From Lama guanicoe (lineage: Eukaryota): a stretch of 64,000 nucleotides of DNA. Shown here one piece after another: positions 13,028 through 26,698 of this stretch. The DNA lies in assembly GCA_013239625.1 (NCBI GenBank), contig MU054823.1, forward strand, positions 1,020,305 through 1,084,304, in the 5' to 3' direction. The notes beneath the pieces were generated by a model. It saw only the letters and a program-made list of their open reading frames with translations. It was not told the DNA's origin and made no database searches. The first letter of the stretch is position 1, and every line of letters begins with the position of its first letter. The position numbers were made by a program, and so were the translations under genes.

Positions 13028-15019
13028 TTATCATTCGGATGGAAGGGGGAGGGGAGGGGAGGCAAAGGGAGGTAGAAATAGGTGGTGGGGGAGGGGAGCA
13101 TGCAGAGAGCAGCCACAATTAGCAGGTTTCGGTTAATCTGGAAGGGAGGAGCAGGGGAGATTCCAGTGGGGGCTGCAGGCGGCCACCCAGGCCTCATTCC
13201 TCACTCCTGGGCTGCCTTTGGCACCCCCCAAGAGGTGGAAGGAAAAGCCCTTCCAAGGGGTTTATGACCCACAGTTCCTTTATCCCAGCTGGATCTCAGG
13301 CTCGCATTTAACAAATGGAGTGATTTGCCCAAGAAGGGGTGGGCCCTGCCCAGAGTTCAAGGCCGAGCAGCTAGCCCTAGCCCGACTTCGGTGGTAGTTT
13401 AGGAGGACTTCCTAGAAGAAAGTTCAGAAACAAAAGAGGGACATGGTTGACTCAAGGGATTTTCCCCACAGGTTGCTGCAGGGCCCCAGCAGGCTTCCCC
13501 TGGCCCTTGAGGCCACTTTCCTTCCCACCTTGGTGCGGGTCCACAGTGGGTCCTGGGAGCTGACCAGCCCTCCTTATTCACTGTGTACCTCACGACCCTG
13601 GGAACCTGGATCTGCCTGGCCCCAAATGACATCCTGGAAGCATGTTTGTCTCCCTCTTCCTCTTCTGGGCCCCCTGGGAGAATGCCACTTGGTTCTCTTG
13701 GGCACTCAGGCAGTGTGCCCTTGGGAGGGTGTGCATGGAGGGAGAGGCCTTCTAGCTGTAAGGGTTCACTGGGGGCCAGGCCTTGGGAATACAGCCCCAT
13801 GGGTTATGGTTTCTTCCCAGAGGTGCCCGGGAGGACCACCTGGCTTCACACTAGGCAAGAGTGTGTGCAGGTGTGTTACATATGGGTTCACAGAAAAAGC
13901 TTTCCAGGCAGCCTCAGGGCCCTGCAGGTTAGGTTAGGAGGGAAATGCTCCCCAGGCTGGTGGGGAGCTGCCCTGAGCAGAGGAGGGGCACTCCAGGAGA
14001 GGGAGTGGAGACTGGGGAGGCCTGCAGGGCCAGCACCCCCTTCTCAGGCCTGGCCCCAAGGTGTGGTCCTGGAAAAATGCATCTGGCTGCTGCCCTGAGA
14101 CATGGTCCTCCTGTGTCTCAGACCCTTCTGTCCCCTCACCTCCTCCCTGGACATCTGGTCTGTGGCTCTGTTCCTCAAGTCAGTCAGGGCCTGTGCTCTG
14201 TACCCTGCCTCAAAACCCAGATTCCCTGCTGGTGAGGACTGGGCACCAGCAGTGGTGGTGGTGTTGGTGTTAGGACCCCAGGACCTGAGGGAGGTCACGG
14301 GAGCACAGGGACACGCTTTATATCACTTTACTCCAAGAATTCAGCTTTTCATATGCAGCAGCACCCCCCCATTATACCCTTGAAGTATTGAAAATCTGCA
14401 GCATGCAGAGGGTGCCCAGCTCTCACTGAGGTACTGAGGGAAGGAATGAGGGATGGGAGCCCTGGAGGAAGCCTGAGGCTGGGATGGATGATGCATGGGG
14501 GCACCACACTGTCCCCTCCACTATCTCAAGCCCTCCCTTCAGACGGCACCGGGCCTCCTCTGGACTCCTACAACACCCCGCCAACTCCTGTCTGTTTCCA
14601 GGGCTCTAGCTGAGGGATCCTGGTGTCTTACCAGGCTACATATAGCTTCCTAGCCCCACGCGGTCAGCAAAGACGTCTTTCTCACCAAGTCTTAAGTCAC
14701 ACCCTTTCCTCCACTGGTGCTCCCTCGCTTCCAGGATAAAGCCCGCTCTTGGTTTGGCGTTCAAGGCTCCTCATGTCCTGACTACTCATCACCGCCCGCA
14801 CTTACCCCCGCTGCCAGCCCCCACCCTCCTAAACTCCCACCTCGGCTCTTCCCATATCTGCAGTGCACTGGGTCCTTCCACTTTGACGCAGGCTGTTCTT
14901 TCCACTCGTGATGCCCCTGCTTTGGGGTCAGTCGAGGGTCGAGTGAACTGTGTGTGACCTTTCCTTAAAATCAGCATAAATAGATGACCACCTTTCTAAG
15001 AACCTTTTGACTACTTGCC

Positions 15020-15560
15020 CTCCCGGCCTCAGCCGGGTCTCATCCGCACCGAGGATGCCCACGCCGCGGACGTTCACACCGCACCATCTGCGGCCGCTCC
15101 CCGTCGCTCCGGGCAGGCCCCGCCCCCTGGCGGCTTGGCCCCGCCCCCGGCTCCCGCCGGGCGCCGCGGCTTCCGGCTCGGGGCCTGCAGGCCGGAAGTG
15201 TCTCGTTGCCATGGCGAGGGCCGGGCGCGGGGCCCTTCCCCGCGGCGCCGGGAGGCTAGCTGCGCCGATTGACTCGCCGACCGGATCCGATCGACTGGGT
15301 GGTGGCTGCGTGCGCGAGGCGGAAGGTGAGGCGCGGACTTCCGGGCCCTGCAGGCGGGAGAGGAGGCCGGGCGCCAGTGGCGGTGGGGTGCGGAGAGTTG
15401 AGGCCGAGCCCTGGTGCGGGGAGAACCGGGCTGGGTGTGGGGAGAGGAGGCCGGGCCCTGGGCGTGGGGGCGCGGCGGGCCGGAGGACCGGACGCGGGTC
15501 GGGGGAGGGGGGCCGGAGAGAGGAGGCCGGCCTTGGGGAGAGAGGGGAAGCCGGGGCTCC
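15020..15560 (+). promoter_or_regulatory. CpG-island promoter and probable non-coding first exon of PPP1R16A
   Basis: CpG-dense. ETS motif CCGGAAGTG at ~15192-15200, RFX X-box-like GTTGCCATGGCGA at ~15205-15217, splice donor GAAG|GTGAGG at ~15324/15325. Confidence 0.7.
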
Positions 15561-18369
15561 AGGGGAGAGGGGAGACAGGGAGGGGCCAGAGTCAGGGCAC
15601 AGGTCTCCAGGCCCGACTAGGGCTCAGGTGGTTGAGGCCCAGGATAGCCCATGTCAGGGTCAGGAAGGCTTCTGAAGTGGTAGGCTGTGAAGGCCACCAG
15701 CAGGGCTTTCCGCGTTCTAGCTATAACTGGAGTTGTTTTCATTCTTGCAACCTGTTGGTCAGGTAGGCAGCATAAAATTATCTCCATTTTCAGCTGAGGA
15801 AATGGAGGCCTGCAGAGAAGTGACTCGCTCAGGCTTTGTGTGGACTTTGGAGTTAGGCCAGAGGAGAAATTAGAGCCTTTCTGGGGCAAGTTCCTGAAAC
15901 TTCCAAGGGTTCAAGTCACCTCACTTGTGATGGGGATTCTGGGCTCCAGCTCACAGACTGATCTCAGGGCAAGAAAAGTGACTGATGTGTTGAAAGTGCC
16001 TGGCCCTGTGCTGGTATCGAGGTGCTCCAGGCCTGGGAGGGGGTATCCATGCCTGGTGGGGGCCCCTCCCTGTCCTGGAGCAGAGTCTGAGACCACTATG
16101 GGGTTAATCTCCATGGGTGCAGAGAGGGGACATGTGTGTGGAATCATTCCAGGTTTAGGGAAGCTGAAGAAAAGTTAGCCCTCCCCAAAGCGCTGGGCTT
16201 TCCTTTTCTTCCTGGATCCTTACCTCGGGGGTGGAGGTGGAGGGGAGCACAACACTGCTCCTCTCAGTCCTTGTCCTTGCTCCCTCAGGTGCTCCCCTGG
16301 CAGGACTGGGTTTCCCTGGAAGGGGTGTAAAGGGGCCTCTGTGCTCCTGGCTGGGCCCCCTACTTCTCTTCAGAGGTACCGAGGGTAGCCCTACCCTGGA
16401 GCTGAATTGCCTAAGGGGCTGGTGGCTGGCTCTGGGAGTCCCTGGTTGGGGGATGTGTGGTGCTCTGAGCCAGCTACCTGACCCCACCCTCCACCCGAGC
16501 TCTTGCTCAGAATGGGATGAGGAAGCTTTAGCAGGACTGTCCTCACCTCCTTGTAGGCTCTCCACTGGTTCATCCTAGACTCTGCTCTCCTCAGAAGGTT
16601 GCCTGAGCTGGCAGGCTGCTAGGAAGGAGGCCCTTGTATCTGTGGGCTCAACGCTGGGGTCTTGTCTCCACTGCATGCAGTTTTGGAAACTCAGTCTCAG
16701 GTGAGGCTCTGGTGACCCAGCCCAAAGCCTCTACCACAGTCTACCTGTTGGCCAAAGCCAGACATCTAGCTGGCAGTGTCTTCCCACCTTCAGGCTCCTT
16801 CCAAACTTCCGCCTAAATACCCCTGATCCCGGCCCTTGCTTTCCATCCCCCTGCCCAGTAGCCTGCTGCTGGGGCTCCTTATTTCCTTCTGAGTTCAGAG
16901 CATTTGCTCCTACTGATCTTCTTGGCTCTGTCTCAGCCCCTTGACTTTATCCTTCTCACCTGCCAGGGTTGATGGGTCTGAAATGCAGATTTGATTCTTG
17001 AAGTCTCCTTGAAATCTTCCTCACAGACTTCAGGATAACACTCCTGTCTTTGCAGACTAGCCCCCAACCTCTGCCCCCTGACCCCAGCCCTGATCACCTT
17101 TCCACATGTGTGTCATGCCACCACCATACTGAATCCCTTTGTGGTGGTGGAAGGAAGGGTGGGAACCTCCCCCCACCATTTCCAAGCTGTGCGGCCTCGG
17201 GCAAATCCTTGCCAGCACAGCACATTGAGGAAAAAGGACATAGAGGTACAGGAAAGTCTAGTTCCACAGATTCCCTGGGGAGAGGGCCCCATGGAGAGGG
17301 GCGTGGGCTCCTTTGCCAGGAACACTGCGAGGCCTGATGGTCCCTGGCGGATTCTGGGCTGCATCCTTCCTTGGTGGTGACAGAGATCAGGCAGACTGGT
17401 GCTACAGAGGAGTGCATGGGAGGTGGGGCTGCAGAGACAGGGCCTGCAGACGGGTCTTCAAAGAGCTTCCAATAAGGAGGAGAGGGTGTGTGTGGGAGAT
17501 GGGGGGATTGGAGTTGGCTTAAGTGGCAGGGTCAGCAGAGAGTCAGGAGGTTGTGGATGGGGCAGGGGAGGTCCAGGAAAGTGGAAAGGGACGGGGCTGC
17601 AGGGTGGAGGTGGAGATCAGGTGGCGGCACCACTGTGTGGCTGGGACGGAATCTCAGCCCTGTGTTCCCATGCCAGGGGCTCCCTGAGACCTTGAGCAAT
17701 CCTTGACCTTGGCTATTGTTGATTTTGTGTGGCAAGCTTTATAGGTTTCAACCCCACCCACCTGCTAGAACCTCCTTCCATTTTGGAAGGAGGAGCAGGG
17801 TGTGGATGTGGGTGGCCCTTGGGAGCCTCCAGGACTCCAGGACTCAAATGAAGGGTGGGGCTCCTGCAGAGCCTTGCGCACTGTCTGGGCAGGTTTGAAT
17901 GTCCCTCCCTGTGTGGGCAAGGCTTGGGGCAGAGCGTTGCCGTGGCTGGCAGACCACCAGTGTTTCCTCTGGGCTGAGCTCAGGGTGGCTGGGCAGTAGA
18001 CGTGTCACAGCCGCACACGCCACAGAGGGATATCCTTTTCTGTCCTGCCCACTCAGTCATAAGCTCACAGTCTCCTGTGTTTCAGTCTGTGCTGCTCCCC
18101 TGGTGCCTCCGCAAGTCAGGCACCTGGTTCAGGGAAGAAAACAGTCAATAGGGTCAAAAATGAAAGTAGGGTGAAAAGACAGGAGAGTGACAAGGTAGCC
18201 GCAGAATACTTCTCAGGAGGTAACGTTTAAGTTAAGATCTCAGTGACAAGAAGGGAAGAGCTAGCCTGAGATCTGGTGGAAGAACTTTCCAGACCAAAGG
18301 AGCAGCTCATGCACAGTGGGAGTGATGATGAAGGTGGCAGATCAGGATGACGGAGTGTGTCTGGGATGG

Positions 18370-18625
18370 GCTGGGAGTAAAGTATTTTGGGCTTTGTGGC
18401 CACACAGTCTCTGTTCTGCCAACTTGTGGAAAAGCAGCTGCAGACAGGGCGTCAGTGAATGTGCTGTTTCAACAAAACTATGGATAGACCCAGAAATTTG
18501 AATTTCATACAATTTTCATGTGTCACAAAATATTGTTTTTATTTTTTCCAATCATTAAAAAAGGTAAAAGCCATTTTTAGCCCGTGAGCCACAGAAGCAG
18601 ACAGTGGGCATACCCTGCCAACCCC
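18370..18625. mobile_element. Degenerate hAT-Charlie DNA transposon relic (MER58-like)
   Basis: Contains tattttgggctttgtggccacacagtctctg and aaatttgaatttcatacaattttcatgtgtcacaaaatatt, which resemble the MER58 consensus as I recall it. Boundaries approximate. Confidence 0.55.
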
Positions 18626-20374
18626 TGTGCCAAACACCAAAGATGCATGTGTGTTAACTCACTGGATCCTTACAAGAACCTTATAAAGAGGGCACCGCTG
18701 TTCCATTTACAGATGTGGAAACTGATTGAAAAGAGGTCGAGGAACTTGACTGATCCCAGCCACTGCAATGTGGAGCCCAGATGCCGAGGGCAGGGGCAGG
18801 GAGCAGGCTGGTGCTGAGTGGGAACTGTGGAGACGGGTGGGAGGGGCCGACCAGGCAGGGTTTAGAGGCCAGGGTGAAACTGCTGTTGTATATTTTCATT
18901 TTTTTACATCAAACTTTATTGAGGCATAATTTACATGCAATAAAATGTACCTGTATGAAATAATTCAGTGGGTTTTGCTAGATGTATACGTACACCCTGT
19001 AAACACTACCATGATTTACACATGGAACATTTGTGTCGCCCCAAATGTTCCCTCATCCCTCTTTGTGGTCTGCCCTCCCTCCTCCTGGCCCCAGGCAATC
19101 ACTGAGTGGCTTTCTGTTTCTACAGATTCATCATCCCTTTTTTCAAAATTTCACATAAATGGAATCATGAAATGAACACTTTTGTGTCTGGCTTCTTTGG
19201 CCAGACACACCATTTTGGACATTCAGATTGCTGCTTGTCTGTGTAGTTTACTCTGTTTCTTGCTGAATGGTCTGGTATTCTGCTGTGTAGACATAGCACT
19301 GTTTCATCTGTGCACCTACCTGCGGATGGACACTTCCATTCTTTCCCTCTTGGGGCTGTTGTGAATGAAACTGCTGTGAACATTCTTGTCTACAAGGTTT
19401 TGTGTGGACATGTGCTTTATCTCCCTTGGGTTGAGATGGTAGAAATGCTGGGTGTGTGTGAAGGTGTGTGTGTGTAACTTGGTAAGAAAGGGCCAGACTC
19501 TTCCAAGGTGGTCGTACCGCTGCTCGTTCCCAGGCGCCCCGCATTCTCCTGGTGCCCTTTTACAGTTTAGCCATTCTTGGGGTGCACGCTCGCACTCCTT
19601 GTGCCCTGATGGGCCTTTCCTCGCTGACGCCTGGTGTTGAACAACTTTCCGTGTACTTATTGTAGTGGCTATTTATCTTTTGTGACGTGTCCAAATCTTT
19701 TCCCCTTAAAAAATGGGTTGTTCTTCTCAGGCTTTCAGAATTCTTAATATATTCAGGATGCAAGTCCTAGGCTAGATAAACATGTTGCAAATACGTTCTC
19801 ACAGTCTGTGGCTTGACTTTTTTCTTATCAGTGTCTTGAGCAGCAGACACTTTCACTTTTAATGAAGTCCAGTTTGTCAGTTTTTTTCTTCGTGGTTTGT
19901 GTTCTTTCATGGTGTAGTAGAGGTCAAGGGTCATTGTTCATTGTTTTCCATGGATACCCAGTCATTCCAATGCCCGTTTTTGAAGACGAGCCTGCTCGCA
20001 TTGTATTACCTAACACCTTTGTTGAAAGTCATGACAGTATGTGTGGGGTGTTTCTGGATTCTCTAGTCTGTTTGTTGATCTTGCTAGGATCCCACAGGTT
20101 TGACTATTGTAGCTTTATAAGGAGGCTTGAGATTGAGTAGTGTTAATTCTCCAACTTGATGTTTCTTTTTCAGATCATTTTTGGCTCTTCAAGATACTAT
20201 GCAGTTCTATCTAAATTTTAGAATTAGCTTGTCAATTTGTCCAAAAAGGCTTACTGGCATTTTGATTGCAATTGTATTAAAGCTACAGATATATCTGGAG
20301 GAGAATTGACATTTGGACAGTATACAGAGCATGGTACCTATTTCTCCGTTTATTTAGGTCTCTGTATTAATTAT

Positions 20375-20830
20375 GTATTGGTATATAACCGATTACCCTA
20401 AAATATACTGAATTAAAACAATATATGTTTACTATCTCATAGCTGCTGTAGGTCAGGAATTTAAAATGGCTTAGCTGGGGTGTTCCGGTTCAGGGTCTCC
20501 TGTGGTTGCAGTTGGGACGATCAGCCAGGCTGGTCATTTGAGGGCTGGGCTGGGCTGTGGGGTGGGCTTGCCGGGGCACCCTCCCACGGCTGTCCTCAGG
20601 AGGACACGGTTCCCACCCGTGGCCCTTTACTAGACTCCTTATGTCAGCACCAGAGCCAGTGTCCTCAGGGCCAAGGTCCCAGAGCACAAATGAGAGGCTG
20701 CTTTGCCTTTTGGGCCCTGGTCCCTGAAGCTTTGCATCTTCATTGTGTCAGAAGTGAGGCACTAAGTCCAACCCACATTCAAGCGGAAGAGGTTAGACTC
20801 TGTCATTTGAAGGGGGTGTCACAGTATTCC
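20375..20830. mobile_element. MaLR (MLT1-like) solo LTR nested in the L1
   Basis: Contains ttaaaacaatatatgtttactatctcatagctgctgtaggtcaggaattt...gcttagctggg and ends with cccacattcaagcggaagagg...; more GC-rich than the flanking L1. Confidence 0.55.
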
Positions 20831-21819
20831 ATGTTTTGTGATACTAATTTTGTAAATGACGTGTTTAACATTTTACATTTTCCAGTCATTTGTTTCCAGT
20901 GCAGACATAAATTCGACTTTGACATGTCCTTGTAGCCAGAACCTTGCTAAATATACCTATTTATTTTAGTCACCCTAATACAGATTTTAAAAGACTTTCT
21001 ACGTATCTTCTACATATTTTGCTGTATGCCTTCTGCAGCTAAAGAGGTTTACATTTTCCTTTCTAATCTGTGTGCTTTTTGTTTCTTGCCTTCGTGCATT
21101 GGCTAGGACTTGAGTACAGTGTCCAGCAGGAGTGGTGAGAGTAGCTATCCTTGTCTTGCTGCCAGTCCTGGGGAGAAAGTGTTCAATTGTTCACTGTTAG
21201 GCAGGGTTTAACTAGGTTTCTGGAGATGCCCTTTATCAGGTTGAGGAATTTTCTTTCTATTCCTAGTTTTCTAATTTTTTAAAAACCATGAGTGGATTTT
21301 TGAATTTTCCCAAATGCTTTTCCTGTTTCTATTGATTTGATTGTATTTTTTAAAATAGTAAACTATGTTGATTTTTAAAATGTTAAGCCAATCTTTCACT
21401 CTTGGAATAAACCACCTGGTCAGATGTAGTAGCCTTCTTATATATTGCTGGATTCAATTGGGTAACATTTTAGAAAGGATTTTTGCAGCTGTTCATGAAG
21501 AAATCAGTCTGTAGTATTCTTGTCATGTCTTTGGTTTTGGAGTCAGGGTAATACTGGTCTCACAAAAGGAGCTGTGATGTGTTTCTTTCTCTTCTGTTGT
21601 CAGAAAGCATTTTGTAGATTCTGTATTACTTTATCTTCAAAGAGTCTGATTAAATTTGCCAGTAGAGCCATCTGGGCTTGGAGTTTCTCTGTGGGAAAAA
21701 TTTTAAGGGCAGATTTAATTCATCCAATAGATACACCACTGTTCAGATTTTCTATTTCTTCTTGAGCCCATTTTGATAATTTGCTTCACTTGGGTAATTT
21801 GCCTATTCATCATAAGTCA

Positions 21820-22030
21820 AGCATGGCAACTTTTTTCTATAGAGGGCCAAACAGGACATATTTTAGGCTTTTCACGTGGTCTCTGTTGTAGCCACTTAAC
21901 TCTTACTGTAGCAAAACAGTCATAGATGCTGCATGAACAAGTGAGCGTGTCTGTCTCCTAATTAAACTTCACTTGCAAAAACAGACGGTGGACTGATCTG
22001 GCCCATGGGCTATATTTTGTCCACCCCCGA
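21820..22030. mobile_element. MER58A-like DNA transposon relic nested in the L1
   Basis: ggcaactttttt...agggcca...atattttaggcttt...aaaaacagacggtggactgatctggcccatgggc...ccccc; ~210 bp with degenerate terminal inverted repeats. Confidence 0.55.
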
Positions 22031-24469
22031 CCTAAGTTGTTAAGTTTATTATCATAAATTGTTCAGAACATTCCCATTTTTATCCTTTTCATTGTCTGTT
22101 GGATCTGTAGTGAAGTCCCCATTTTTCTTTCATGAAATTGGTAGTTTTTGGCTGCTCTTGGTCTGTTTAGTGGGAGTTTTTATTGATTTTATCGATATTT
22201 TCAAGGGAACAGCTTTCAGTTGCAGTGTTTTTCTCGGTTGTCTATTTCACTAGTTCTTGTCTTTATTAGTCTTTCCTTCTACTTCCTTTGGGTTGAGTTT
22301 TCTCCTCTTTTTCTAGCTTCTTACTAAGTTGGAAGCTTTGGTCCATTGATTTGACCTTTCTTGTTACAGTAAGCATTCAAAGGTAGAGTTTCCCTCAAAG
22401 CCCTGCTGTGACTGTATCTCACGTATTTGTTATGTTTTCATGATCATTCAGATTAAAATAGGTTCTGACTTCCATTTTGATTCCTTCCTTAGCCTGTGGA
22501 TTACTTAGAAGTATGCTTCAGAGTTTCCCAGTATTTGGGAGTTTTTCCAGATGTGTTCTAGTTTAATTCCACTGGTCAGTGAGCATTCTCTGTGCTTCCA
22601 TTCCTTGTAAAATTATTGTATCTTGTGTTACGTTTCAGCATGTGGTCTGTCTTGTTGAATTAATTTTTTTTAGCGTTAAATACATTCAGAGTGTTGCACA
22701 ACTATCATCACTTTCTATTTCCAGAAATTTTTAATCACCTGAAGCAGAAACTGTCCATTCAACACTTCTTCCTTACTCCCCTCCCCCAGCCCCTGGCAAC
22801 CAGCATTCTGTTTTCTCTGAATTTACCTATTCCAAGTGCCTCATGTAAGGGGAAATCATACGTTTGTAGCACTTATCAGGATTTCATTCCTTGTTGTGGC
22901 TGAATATTCCATTGTATGTATCTGCCACAGTTTATTTATTCATCTGTCGATGGACATTTGAGTTGTTTTTGCTTTTCAGCTATTGTGACTAATGCTGCTG
23001 TGACACTGGTGACGAACATCTGAGCCCCAGTGTTCAATTCTGTGGCGCAGGCCTTGATTCTTACGCCTGCGTGTTGACAGAGTCACATTCTGTTCTGTGC
23101 CTCTGTCACTGTCCTGCAGTGCGGCAGTTGGGAAAGATGTCAGCCATTCTGTCTGCAGAGCCGGGCTGTGTGCACAGACTGTGTCTCACCAGTGGCCCCA
23201 GTGGCCTTGTACCCTTAGAGGAATAGTGTTCTGATCTGGCTTCAGGATCACGGGACTCTGCTGCGTTGTGTGTCACATGTGAAGAAGTCCCCTTTTTCAT
23301 ATGTTGGAGTGTCTCTGGCCTCGGGTCGTTCCCTGGACGCCTCCTGTGCAGGCCTCCTCTGCCCTGGGGCTCCCGCCCTGCTTCCATCAGCCTGCAGAAG
23401 TGTGTAAACTGTTCATAAACTCTCTTCTGGGTGCCCCTAGGTTTGTGGGGGTCTCATTGTGGGGACACATGTACTCAGTTGGCCATCTAGACCCACACAG
23501 CTCTTCTAAGGCTGCGTAGCCTAAGTGCCTCTTCCTTCCAGAGCCCTGGGGCCCTGTGCTCCTGGCAGCATCCTGGCCCTCAGAGCCCTTAGCACTGCCT
23601 GCCCCCAGGCCCCACATCCTTGTGGGGAAGTTTTGAGGCAGAGCTGACCCAGGGTTACCACGCTGGCCCCTCCAAAGCCCACTTTTGTGGTTTTGTTTGG
23701 ACACTGCTGTACTTGACAGACCTTAATTTCCAAATCTATGCAGTGGGGTTGTGGCCCATCAGAGCACCAGGCTAAAGTGCTGACTACAGCCTGTGGCCCT
23801 GCCTCTGGGAAGGAAGCCCCAGTCCTTCCTCCTCCTGGCTATGGGCCGGCTTTTGTCCTCAGTTCCCCAGGAGTCTCTTTGCAAATGCAGATACCTCCAG
23901 CTGCTGACTTCTTTCATTTGGCCAGTGAGGTTTCTGACACGTTGCTGTGAGTTAGTTAGTAGATTTATTTCAGAGCTGGGTGGCAAGGGGAAGGAAATGG
24001 AGGAGGGAGATTTGGAACCTCCCTGATTTGGGGGGAGACCCCTCCCCTTGTGGAGTGGTCCACACGGGCCCCCTCCCAGGAGCCTTGGCCGGGCAAGTGC
24101 ACCTGAGCCGGATGAAGCTCACTCCTGTGTCCCAGCCACAGAGTAGCTCCAGGTTCGCGTGGTTCTGCTGCTGAGCGTTCTGCTGAGGAAGCGTGATGTG
24201 AATTGAGACCCACGAGAAAGGACATAGACCTCACATTAGGGTCAGAAAGGAAGCTGAGACCAGAAGCCCAGAGGGAGTAGGCCGGCCAGCACCCCTGCCC
24301 CCAAAGAGGGCTGGGGCGCCAGAGGGGAGACGTGTTACGAAGCCTGCATATTTGTAGGAACTAATTTACTGCCAGGGTGGCACTGCAGAGCAGTGGGGAG
24401 AAGCCGCTTTTACGTAATGGCGCTGGGGCAGCTGGGTATAGACGTGGCCGAGGAAGGAACTTGGGGCCT

Positions 24470-24900
24470 GTACTAGACATATACTGACTGGCAACACACT
24501 GCCCCCTAGATACAGCGGCTTGAAACCAATTTGTAATCCCGCAGTCTCTGCGAGTCGGGCTCCGGGGTGCAGCGTGGCTGACGCCCTGCCTGGGACTCAT
24601 GCACCTGCTGCAGGCTCCCCTGGCAGGAGGGTCTGCTTTCGAGGGGGCTCCCTCACCAGCCCCGGGGCCCGGCTCGAGTCCTCATGACACGGGCTGGCTT
24701 CCCCAGTGCGAGGGACCGAAAAGAAAGCTAGGAGGAAGTCGCAGTGCCCCTCACCCCCTCACCTTGGTCGGCACACGCTGTGCGCTCTGTCGTACTCTGT
24801 TCATCGTAAGCCAGTCACTCAGTGCAGTCCACATTCAAGGGGAGGGGAGTCAGGCCCCACCTTCTGAAGGGAGATGTATCAAGTACTTTACGGGCATATT
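24470..24900. mobile_element. Second MLT1-like LTR relic
   Basis: Starts cagcggcttgaaaccaatttgtaatcccgcagtctctg and ends ccacattcaaggggaggggagtcaggccccaccttctgaaggga, similar to the 3' part of the element at 20375-20830. Confidence 0.45.
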
Positions 24901-26521
24901 TTAAAACCAGCACAGATCCCTACTTTGTCTACAAACATCAGCCCCTAGTGGACTGCAGACCTGAGTGGGGCACAAACTCTCCTGCTTTTAGAAGAGAATA
25001 TAGGAGACTTGTCTTTGGAAAGATATCTCACCCAATTAATGCCCAGAGAACTGCACATTGAATGTGGGAAGATACCACTGCCCGTGCACCAGACTGACAG
25101 AAAGAATATGTCATCTGTAAAGCAGCTGGGATGTTTCTCCCTTGCTGATGGGAGTATAAATTGGTGCAGCGCTTGGAAATAGCTGTGCCATCCATTGAGT
25201 CGTGTTGTGTAGCCTGCTGTGCACCAGGGTCTGCGTACAGGGCATTCACAACAGCCTCTTTCACAGGCCCACGCCCACTGCCCCGTCCCTCAGGTAGCAG
25301 GCTATGTAAGTGAGGGTACAGGCATGTGGTGGACTGCTGCTCAGCAAAAGGCAGAAAACTTAGAGCCCCACACCTGGGAATGGTGACAGTGAGGCAGCAC
25401 GGAGCATGGCCGCGGCCCCACCTGGAAGTTCACCTGTCAGCACTGCATTCTGCGGTTCAGAGGTGTGTGGGGCGGGGCAGTTTCTTGACATAGCGGGTCT
25501 AAGGCCTTCTGCACTGTGGTGGACGCCTCATGGGCATTCTTGGGGGCTGGCATCCTGTCTCTGTGGTCCAGCCCATGTGCTGTCCGCACTCGTGTCCTGC
25601 TTCTCGTTGGCTTGTGTGAACTTTCAGGGAGCCTCTGCCTGGGTGTTTTTAATGGGATTCTGCTCTTTTCAATGCCATCACAGTTGACATGAGGACCTGT
25701 TTGTCGTGTTTGTTGTAAATGTTTTTACTTGGTTGACCATCTGCCTTCTGATTTTGTAGGTTTTGTTTTGGTTTTTACAGTGCAGATGTTTGAAGAATCT
25801 AGTGAGTCGAATGGTTTTGGTTTCTGGGTTGTGTGTCGAGCTCAGAAGGCCCCCTCTGCTGCAGCTGCGCAGGTGCTCCTGCCCGCCTCCTCCTCGTACT
25901 CCTTGGGTCTTGTTTTCCTTGCAGCTGTGTCTGTGGTCCTTCTGGAATTGATTTTGCTGTGAGGAGAGGCAGGGTCCTTCTCTGTGGTTCCAGGTGGCCA
26001 CCTGCTGTCCTTTCAAGCAGGCTTTCCCCGGGGGCCCTGCGTGGCCATTCTGGCTCTCCTGTTTGTACCTCTGCTGACTGCTCGCTTCTGGGCTTCCTGG
26101 CCCCTGCTTACCTCAGACACGGCTCGGTCCCACTTCTGAGGGCCCTCCTTCCTCTGTGTGCCCCTTGCTGCCCCTTTCCTTGCATCCAACAGCCTATCCA
26201 GCCCTCATCCTCTTACTCTTGGCCTCTCGTGTCCATCCCCTGCTGGGTAGGCATGCGGGCCCCAGTGTCTCTCCGTGAGGCCCCCTAGTCCCCGGATCTG
26301 GGCACACCCTTAGTCGTTTGAGAGCCCCTGTGGCTCCCGCGGCCTTTTGGGCCGAGGCCAGTTCTTCTACTGTCCCCTCGACATCTCTGCCTTGCAAGGC
26401 CCTACCTGATACCCAGCAGGTGTGCTCACACCTGCCCTCCCTAAACAGCACTTAGGAGTTGTTTCAAAGAGGTTTACCTTCACACGGCTCGGAAACCATG
26501 CAACCCCCAGGGCTCGTGCCG

Positions 26522-26698
26522 CCCACCTGCCCTCCGTGACCCCCACCTGCCCTCCACGTCCTCCACCTGCCCTCCATGGCCCCCACCTGCCTTCCACGTC
26601 CCCCACCTGTCCTCCGTGCCCCCGACCTGCCCTCCGCGGCTCCCCCTGCTCTCCACGCTCCCCCACCTGCCCTCCACGGCCCCCACCTGCCCTCCGCC
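26522..26698. repeat. GC-rich minisatellite, ~20-bp unit (CCCACCTGCCCTCCRYGNCC) x ~9
   Basis: The core ccacctgccctcc recurs with ~20-bp periodicity. Confidence 0.9.

Larger units (their letters stand above)
18900..23050 (-). mobile_element. Old fragmented LINE-1 (L1M-type) sequence, antisense, in PPP1R16A intron 1, interrupted by other elements
   Basis: Abrupt switch to T-rich, low-GC sequence with L1 3'UTR/ORF2 antisense signatures (ttgactattgtagctttata; agaattagcttgtcaattt; ccctttatcaggttgaggaa; ccatctgggcttggagtttct). No intact ORF. Confidence 0.75.

Noticed and set aside
15007-15766. 222-aa and 165-aa ORFs, and a strong-Kozak ATG at 15211
   Set aside because: CpG-island shadow ORFs. The ATG is better explained as part of an RFX X-box, and the peptides resemble no protein I recognise.
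26522-26698. Possible CRISPR-like array
   Set aside because: Head-to-tail repeats without unique spacers, no cas genes, mammalian context.
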